From the human T2T-CHM13v2.0 reference genome, Homo sapiens: a stretch of DNA of 64,000 nucleotides. The stretch is from the NCBI RefSeq assembly GCF_009914755.1, contig NC_060931.1. One strand, given 5' to 3'. The translations under genes were made by a program, and so were the position numbers. Below, in pieces: positions 55,901-64,000 of this stretch; position 1 is the stretch's first letter, and every line of letters starts with the position of its first letter. A model generated the notes under the pieces. The model had not been told where the DNA came from and made no database searches. It worked only from the letters and a program-made list of their open reading frames with translations.

Positions 55901-56549
55901 TCACAGAGTGCAACGTCCCTTTACACAGAGCAGATTTGAAACACTCTTTTTGTGGAGTTTGCAAGTGGAGATTTCAAGCGATTTTATGCCAACAGTAGAA
56001 AAGGAAATATCTTCAAATAAAAACTAGACAGAATCATTCTCAGAAACTACTTTGTGATGTGTGCCTTCAACTCACAGAGTTTAACCTTTCTTTTCTTAGA
56101 GCAGCTTAGAAACACTCTGCTTGTTATGTCTGCAAGTGGATATTTGGACCTCTTTGAGGCCTTCGTTGCAAACGGGGTTTCTTCCTTTAATGCTAGACTA
56201 AGAAGAGTTCTCAGTAACTTTTTTGTGTTGTGTGTATTCAACTCACAGAGTTGAACCTTGCTTTAGAGAGAGCAGATTTGAAACACTCTCGCTGTGGCAT
56301 TATCAGGTGGAGATTTCAAACGATTTGAGGACAATTGCAGAAAAGGAAATATCTTCGTATAATAACCAGACAGAATCATTCTCAGAAAGTGCTTTGTGAT
56401 GTGTGCGTTCAACTCACAGAGTTTAACCTTTCTTTTCATAGAGGAGTTTGGAAACACACTGTTTGTAAAGTCTGCAATTGGATATATGGACCTGTTTGAG
56501 GCCTTCGTTGGAAACGGGATTTCTTCATTGAATGCTAGACGGAAGAAAT

Positions 56550-59500
56550 CTCAGTAAATTCTTTGTGTTGTGTGCATTCAACTCACAGAGTGGAACGTCC
56601 CTTTAGACAGAGCAGATTTGAAACACTCTTTTTGCGGAATTTGCAAGTGGAGATTTCTAGCCATTTGATGCCAACAGTAGAAAGGGAAATATCTTCAAAT
56701 AAAAACCAGACAGAATCATTCTCAGAAAATTCTTTGTGATGTGTGCGTTCAACTCACATAGTTTAACCTTTCTTTTCATAGAGCAGTTTGGAAACACTCT
56801 GTTTGTAAAGTCTGCAAGTGGATATATGGACCGCATTGAGGCCTTCGTTGGAAACGGGATTACTTCATTTCATGCTAGACAGAAGAATTCTCAGTAACTT
56901 CTTTGTGCTGTGTGTATTCAACTCACAGAGTGGAACGTCCCTTTGCACAGAGCAGATTTGAAACACTCTTTTTGTGGAGTTTGCAAGTGGAGATTTCAAG
57001 CGATTTGATGCCAACAGTAGAAAAGGAAGTATCTTCAAATAAAAACTAGACAGAATCATTCTCAGAAACTACTTTGTGATGTGTGCCTTCAACTCACCGA
57101 GTTTAACCTTTCTTTTCTGAGAGCAGCTTAGAAACACTCTGCTTGTTATGTCTGCAAGTTGATATTTGGACCTCTTTGAGGCCTTCGTTGCAAACGGGGT
57201 TTCTTCCTTTAATGCTAGACTAAGAAGAGTTCTCAGTAACTTTTTTGTGTTGTGTGTATTCAACTCACAGAGTTGAACCTTGCTTTAGAGAGAGCAGATT
57301 TGAAACACTCTTGCTGTGGCATTTTCAGGTGGAGATTTCAAGCGATTTGAGGACAATTGCAGAAAAGGAAATATCTTCGTATAATAACCAGACAGAATCA
57401 TTCTCAGAAAGTGCTTTGTGATGTGTGCGTTCAACTCACAGAGTTTAACCTTTCTTTTCATAGAGGAGTTTGGAAACACACTGTTTGTAATGTCTGCAAT
57501 TGGATATATGGACCTGTTTGAGGCCTTCGTTGGAAACGGGATTTCTTCATTGAATGCTAGACGGAAGGATTCTCAGTAAATTCTTTGTGTTGTGTGCATT
57601 CAACTCACAGAGTGGAACGTCCCTTTAGACAGAGCAGATTTGAAACACTCTTTTTGCGGAATTTGCAAGTGGAGATTTCTAGCCATTTGATGCCAACAGT
57701 AGAAAGGGAAATATCTTCAAATAAAAACCAGACAGAATCATTCTCAGAAAATTCTTTGTGATATGTGCGTTCAACTCACATAGTTTAACCTTTCTTTTCA
57801 TAGAGCAGTTTGGAAACACTCTGTTTGTAAAGTCTGCAAGTGGATATATGGACCGCATTGAGGCCTTCGTTGGAAACGGGATTTCTTCATTTCATGCTAG
57901 ACAGAAGAATTCTCAGTAACTTCTTTGTGCTGTGTGTATTCAACTCACAGAGTGGAACGTCCCTTTGCACAGAGCAGATTTGAAACACTCTTTTTGTGGA
58001 GTTTGCAAGTGGAGATTTCAAGCGATTTGATGCCAACAGTAGAAAAGGAAGTATCTTCAAATAAAAACTAGACAGAATCATTCTCAGAAACTACTTTGTG
58101 ATGTGTGCCTTCAACTCACCGAGTTTAACCTTTCTTTTCTGAGAGCAGCTTAGAAACACTCTGCTTGTTATGTCTGCAAGTTGATATTTGGACCTCTTTG
58201 AGGCCTTCGTTGCAAACGGGGTTTCTTCCTTTAATGCTAGACTAAGAAGAGTTCTCAGTAACTTTTTTGTGTTGTGTGTATTCAACTCACAGAGTTGAAC
58301 CTTGCTTTAGAGAGAGCAGATTTGAAACACTCTTGCTGTGGCATTTTCAGGTGGAGATTTCAAGCGATTTGAGGACAATTGCAGAAAAGGAAATATCTTC
58401 GTATAATAACCAGACGGAATCATTCTCAGAAAGTGCTTTGTGATGTGTGCGTTCAACTCACAGAGTTTAACCTTTCTTTTCATAGAGGAGTTTGGAAACA
58501 CACTGTTTGTAATGTCTGCAATTGGATATATGGACCTGTTTGAGGCCTTCGTTGGAAACGGGATTTCTTCATTGAATGCTAGACGGAAGAATTCTCAGTA
58601 AATTCTTTGTGTTGTGTGCATTCAACTCACAGAGTGGAACGTCCCTTTAGACAGAGCAGATTTGAAACACTTTTTGGCGGAATTTGCAAGTGGAGATTTC
58701 TAGCCATTTGATGCCAACAGTAGAAAGGGAAATATCTTCAAATAAAAACCAGACAGAATCATTCTCAGAAAATTCTTTGTGATGTGTGCGTTCAACTCAC
58801 ATAGTTTAACCTTTCTTTTCATAGAGCAGTTTGGAAACACTCTGTTTGTAAAGTCTGCAAGTGGATATATGGACCGCATTGAGGCCTTCGTTGGAAACGG
58901 GATTTCTTCATTTCATGCTAGACAGAAGAATTCTCAGTAACTTCTTTGTGCTGTGTGTATTCAACTCACAGAGTGGAACGTCCCTTTACACAGAGCAGAT
59001 TTGAAACACTCTTTTTGTGGAGTTTGCAAGTGGAGATTTCAAGCGATTTGATGCCAACAGTAGAAAAGGAAATATCTTCAAATAAAAACTAGACAGAATC
59101 ATTCTCAGAAACTACTTTGTGATATGTGCCTTCAACTCACAGAGTTTAACCTTTCTTTTCTTAGAGCAGTTTAGAAACACTCTGCTTGTTATGTCTGCAA
59201 GTGGATATTTGGACCTCTTTGAGGCCTTCGTTGCAAACGGGGTTTCTTCCTTTCATGCTAGACTAAGAAGAGTTCTCAGTAACTTTTTTGTGTTGTGTGT
59301 ATTCAACTCACAGAGTTGAACCTTGCTTTAGAGAGAGCAGATTTGAAACACTCTTGCTGTGGCATTTTCAGGTGGAGATTTCAAGCGATTTGAGGACAAT
59401 TGCAGAAAAGGAAATATCTTCGTATAATAACCAGACAGAATCATTCTCAGAAAGTGCTTTGTGATGTGTGCGTTCAACTCACAGAGTTTAACCTTTCTTT

Positions 59501-62500
59501 TCATAGAGGAGTTTGGAAACACACTGTTTGTAAAGTCTGCAAGTGGATATATGGACCTGTTTGAGGCCTTCGTTGGAAACGGGATTTCTTCATTGAATGC
59601 TAGACGGAAGAATTCTCAGTAAATTCTTTGTGTTGTGTGCATTCAACTCACAGAGTGGAACGTCCCTTTAGACAGAGCAGATTTGAAACACTCTTTTTGC
59701 GGAATTTGCAAGTGGAGATTTCTAGCCATTTGATGCCAACAGTAGAAAGGGAAATATCTTCAAATAAAAACCAGACAGAATCATTCTCAGAAAATTCTTT
59801 GTGATGTGTGCGTTCAACTCACATAGTTTAACCTTTCTTTTCATAGAGCAGTTTGGAAACACTCTGTTTGTAAAGTCTGCAAGTGGATATATGGACCGCA
59901 TTGAGGCCTTCGTTGGAAACGGGATTACTTCATTTCATGCTAGACAGAAGAATTCTCAGTAACTTCTTTGTGCTGTGTGTATTCAACTCACAGAGTGGAA
60001 CGTCCCTTTGCACAGAGCAGATTTGAAACACTCTTTTTGTGGAGTTTGCAAGTGGAGATTTCAAGCGATTTGATGCCAACAGTAGAAAAGGAAGTATCTT
60101 CAAATAAAAACTAGACAGAATCATTCTCAGAAACTACTTTGTGATGTGTGCCTTCAACTCACCGAGTTTAACCTTTCTTTTCTGAGAGCAGCTTAGAAAC
60201 ACTCTGCTTGTTATGTCTGCAAGTTGATATTTGGACCTCTTTGAGGCCTTCGTTGCAAACGGGGTTTCTTCCTTTAATGCTAGACTAAGAAGAGTTCTCA
60301 GTAACTTTTTTGTGTTGTGTGTATTCAACTCACAGAGTTGAACCTTGCTTTAGAGAGAGCAGATTTGAAACACTCTTGCTGTGGCATTTTCAGGTGGAGA
60401 TTTCAAGCGATTTGAGGACAATTGCAGAAAAGGAAATATCTTCGTATAATAACCAGACAGAATCATTCTCAGAAAGTGCTTTGTGATGTGTGCGTTCAAC
60501 TCACAGAGTTTAACCTTTCTTTTCATAGAGGAGTTTGGAAACACACTGTTTGTAATGTCTGCAATTGGATATATGGACCTGTTTGAGGCCTTCGTTGGAA
60601 ACGGGATTTCTTCATTGAATGCTAGACGGAAGGATTCTCAGTAAATTCTTTGTGTTGTGTGCATTCAACTCACAGAGTGGAACGTCCCTTTAGACAGAGC
60701 AGATTTGAAACACTCTTTTTGCGGAATTTGCAAGTGGAGATTTCTAGCCATTTGATGCCAACAGTAGAAAGGGAAATATCTTCAAATAAAAACCAGACAG
60801 AATCATTCTCAGAAAATTCTTTGTGATATGTGCGTTCAACTCACATAGTTTAACCTTTCTTTTCATAGAGCAGTTTGGAAACACTCTGTTTGTAAAGTCT
60901 GCAAGTGGATATATGGACCGCATTGAGGCCTTCGTTGGAAACGGGATTTCTTCATTTCATGCTAGACAGAAGAATTCTCAGTAACTTCTTTGTGCTGTGT
61001 GTATTCAACTCACAGAGTGGAACGTCCCTTTGCACAGAGCAGATTTGAAACACTCTTTTTGTGGAGTTTGCAAGTGGAGATTTCAAGCGATTTGATGCCA
61101 ACAGTAGAAAAGGAAGTATCTTCAAATAAAAACTAGACAGAATCATTCTCAGAAACTACTTTGTGATGTGTGCCTTCAACTCACCGAGTTTAACCTTTCT
61201 TTTCTGAGAGCAGCTTAGAAACACTCTGCTTGTTATGTCTGCAAGTTGATATTTGGACCTCTTTGAGGCCTTCGTTGCAAACGGGGTTTCTTCCTTTAAT
61301 GCTAGACTAAGAAGAGTTCTCAGTAACTTTTTTGTGTTGTGTGTATTCAACTCACAGAGTTGAACCTTGCTTTAGAGAGAGCAGATTTGAAACACTCTTG
61401 CTGTGGCATTTTCAGGTGGAGATTTCAAGCGATTTGAGGACAATTGCAGAAAAGGAAATATCTTCGTATAATAACCAGACGGAATCATTCTCAGAAAGTG
61501 CTTTGTGATGTGTGCGTTCAACTCACAGAGTTTAACCTTTCTTTTCATAGAGGAGTTTGGAAACACACTGTTTGTAATGTCTGCAATTGGATATATGGAC
61601 CTGTTTGAGGCCTTCGTTGGAAACGGGATTTCTTCATTGAATGCTAGACGGAAGAATTCTCAGTAAATTCTTTGTGTTGTGTGCATTCAACTCACAGAGT
61701 GGAACGTCCCTTTAGACAGAGCAGATTTGAAACACTTTTTGGCGGAATTTGCAAGTGGAGATTTCTAGCCATTTGATGCCAACAGTAGAAAGGGAAATAT
61801 CTTCAAATAAAAACCAGACAGAATCATTCTCAGAAAATTCTTTGTGATGTGTGCGTTCAACTCACATAGTTTAACCTTTCTTTTCATAGAGCAGTTTGGA
61901 AACACTCTGTTTGTAAAGTCTGCAAGTGGATATATGGACCGCATTGAGGCCTTCGTTGGAAACGGGATTTCTTCATTTCATGCTAGACAGAAGAATTCTC
62001 AGTAACTTCTTTGTGCTGTGTGTATTCAACTCACAGAGTGGAACGTCCCTTTACACAGAGCAGATTTGAAACACTCTTTTTGTGGAGTTTGCAAGTGGAG
62101 ATTTCAAGCGATTTGATGCCAACAGTAGAAAAGGAAATATCTTCAAATAAAAACTAGACAGAATCATTCTCAGAAACTACTTTGTGATATGTGCCTTCAA
62201 CTCACAGAGTTTAACCTTTCTTTTCTTAGAGCAGTTTAGAAACACTCTGCTTGTTATGTCTGCAAGTGGATATTTGGACCTCTTTGAGGCCTTCGTTGCA
62301 AACGGGGTTTCTTCCTTTCATGCTAGACTAAGAAGAGTTCTCAGTAACTTTTTTGTGTTGTGTGTATTCAACTCACAGAGTTGAACCTTGCTTTAGAGAG
62401 AGCAGATTTGAAACACTCTTGCTGTGGCATTTTCAGGTGGAGATTTCAAGCGATTTGAGGACAATTGCAGAAAAGGAAATATCTTCGTATAATAACCAGA

Positions 62501-62990
62501 CAGAATCATTCTCAGAAAGTGCTTTGTGATGTGTGCGTTCAACTCACAGAGTTTAACCTTTCTTTTCATAGAGGAGTTTGGAAACACACTGTTTGTAAAG
62601 TCTGCAAGTGGATATATGGACCTGTTTGAGGCCTTCGTTGGAAACGGGATTTCTTCATTGAATGCTAGACGGAAGAATTCTCAGTAAATTCTTTGTGTTG
62701 TGTGCATTCAACTCACAGAGTGGAACGTCCCTTTAGACAGAGCAGATTTGAAACACTCTTTTTGCGGAATTTGCAAGTGGAGATTTCTAGCCATTTGATG
62801 CCAACAGTAGAAAGGGAAATATCTTCAAATAAAAACCAGACAGAATCATTCTCAGAAAATTCTTTGTGATGTGTGCGTTCAACTCACATAGTTTAACCTT
62901 TCTTTTCATAGAGCAGTTTGGAAACACTCTGTTTGTAAAGTCTGCAAGTGGATATATGGACCGCATTGAGGCCTTCGTTGGAAACGGGAT
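56550..62990 (+). repeat. Tandem 3-HOR duplication (period 3065 bp)
   Basis: GGGATTACTT 56862/59927, GGATTC 57567/60632, CAGACGGAATC (IPS ORFs at 58307/61372), and MIC ORFs at 59119/62184. Confidence 0.9.
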
Positions 62991-64000
62991 TTCTTCATTT
63001 CATGCTAGACAGAAGAATTCTCAGTAACTTCTTTGTGCTGTGTGTATTCAACTCACAGAGTGGAACGTCCCTTTGCACAGAGCAGATTTGAAACACTCTT
63101 TTTGTGGAGTTTGCAAGTGGAGATTTCAAGCGATTTGATGCCAACAGTAGAAAAGGAAATATCTTCAAATAAAAACTAGACAGAATCATTCTCAGAAACT
63201 ACTTTGTGATGTGTGCCTTCAACTCACAGAGTTTAACCTTTCTTTTCTTAGAGCAGTTTAGAAACACTCTGCTTGTTATGTCTGCAAGTGGATATTTGGA
63301 CCTCTTTGAGGCCTTCGTTGCAAACGGGGTTTCTTCCTTTCATGCTAGACTAAGAAGAGTTCTCAGTAACTTTTTTGTGTTGTGTGTATTCAACTCACAG
63401 AGTTGAACCTTGCTTTAGAGAGAGCAGATTTGAAACACTCTTGCTGTGGCATTTTCAGGTGGAGATTTCAAGCGATTTGAGGACAATTGCAGAAAAGGAA
63501 ATATCTTCGTATAATAACCAGACAGAATCATTCTCAGAAAGTGCTTTGTGATGTGTGCGTTCAACTCACAGAGTTTAACCTTTCTTTTCATAGAGGAGTT
63601 TGGAAACACACTGTTTGTAAAGACTGCAAGTGGATATATGGACCTGTTTGAGGCCTTCGTTGGAAACGGGATTTCTTCATTGAATGCTAGACGGAAGAAT
63701 TCTCAGTAAATTCTTTGTGTTGTGTGCATTCAACTCACAGAGTGGAACGTCCCTTTAGACAGAGCAGATTTGAAACACTCTTTTTGCGGAATTTGCAAGT
63801 GGAGATTTCTAGCCATTTGATGCCAACAGTAGAAAGGGAAATATCTTCAAATAAAAACCAGACAGAATCATTCTCAGAAAATTCTTTGTGATGTGTGCGT
63901 TCAACTCACATAGTTTAACCTTTCTTTTCATAGAGCAGTTTGGAAACACTCTGTTTGTAAAGTCTGCAAGTGGATATATGGACCGCATTGAGGCCTTCGT

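Larger units (their letters stand above)
1..64000 (+). repeat. Centromeric alpha-satellite HOR array: 6-mer, 1022-bp unit, about 62.6 copies, dimeric SF1-type; probably human chr7 D7Z1
   Basis: Alphoid motifs (CATTCTCAGAAA, TTCAACTCACAGAG, TTTGAAACACTCT, CENP-B box) run throughout. Equivalent ORFs recur every 1022 bp (64, 1086, 2108 ... 63415), with 13 bp lost in total over 62 periods. Alpha-satellite identity is essentially certain; the D7Z1 assignment rests on the 6-mer length, dimer structure and 340/682-bp EcoRI spacing (about 0.8 confidence). Confidence 0.98.

Noticed and set aside
64-63609. Recurrent 64-66 aa ORFs on both strands (MFPNSS..., MILSSF..., MMCAFN..., MNTHNT...)
   Set aside because: They are translations of the satellite, recurring every 1022 bp. 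They overlap on opposite strands, mostly use non-ATG starts, appear or vanish with single variants, and show no recognisable domain.
1-64000. CRISPR-like or other prokaryotic repeat-spacer system
   Set aside because: The sequence between conserved motifs is itself repeated rather than unique spacer, there are no cas or other genes, and the sequence is alpha satellite.
1-64000. Transposon insertion (L1/Alu), inversion or monomer-deleted HOR variant
   Set aside because: The 1020-1022 bp period is unbroken, all CENP-B boxes are on the + strand, and I saw no poly-A tail, target-site duplication or foreign sequence.
1-64000. Assignment to other SF1 arrays, such as the chr1/5/19 or chr10 arrays
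   Set aside because: The uniform 1022-bp 6-mer with 340/682 EcoRI spacing fits D7Z1 better as I recall it. These alternatives are not formally excluded without an HMM or BLAST comparison against HOR consensus sets.

Overview
The entire 64 kb window is one uninterrupted, single-orientation array of primate (most likely human) centromeric alpha satellite. About 171-bp monomers form A/B dimers (340, 340 and 342 bp), with a CENP-B box in every second monomer. Three dimers make a 6-monomer, 1022-bp higher-order repeat (HOR), present in about 62.6 near-identical copies. The 6-mer length, dimeric (suprachromosomal family 1-type) organisation and EcoRI pattern (340 + 682 bp) best fit the chromosome 7 active array D7Z1; this assignment comes from recall of the family, not from a search. 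I see no genes, RNA genes, transposon insertions, inversions or monomer-deleted HORs, and every ORF in the track is a by-product of the repeat. I found no new gene-based system. The real hidden structure is in the variants between HOR copies. They reveal nested, in-register multi-HOR duplications (2, 3, 11, 7, 5 and 3 HORs, plus a 7-HOR block recurring at a 12-HOR offset), a left-to-right turnover of HOR haplotypes, broken CENP-B boxes confined to the first 28 kb, and several probable short gene-conversion tracts. All variant positions were read by eye and should be confirmed by alignment. HORs are numbered from position 1 (HOR1 = 1-1022, HOR63 starts at 63352).
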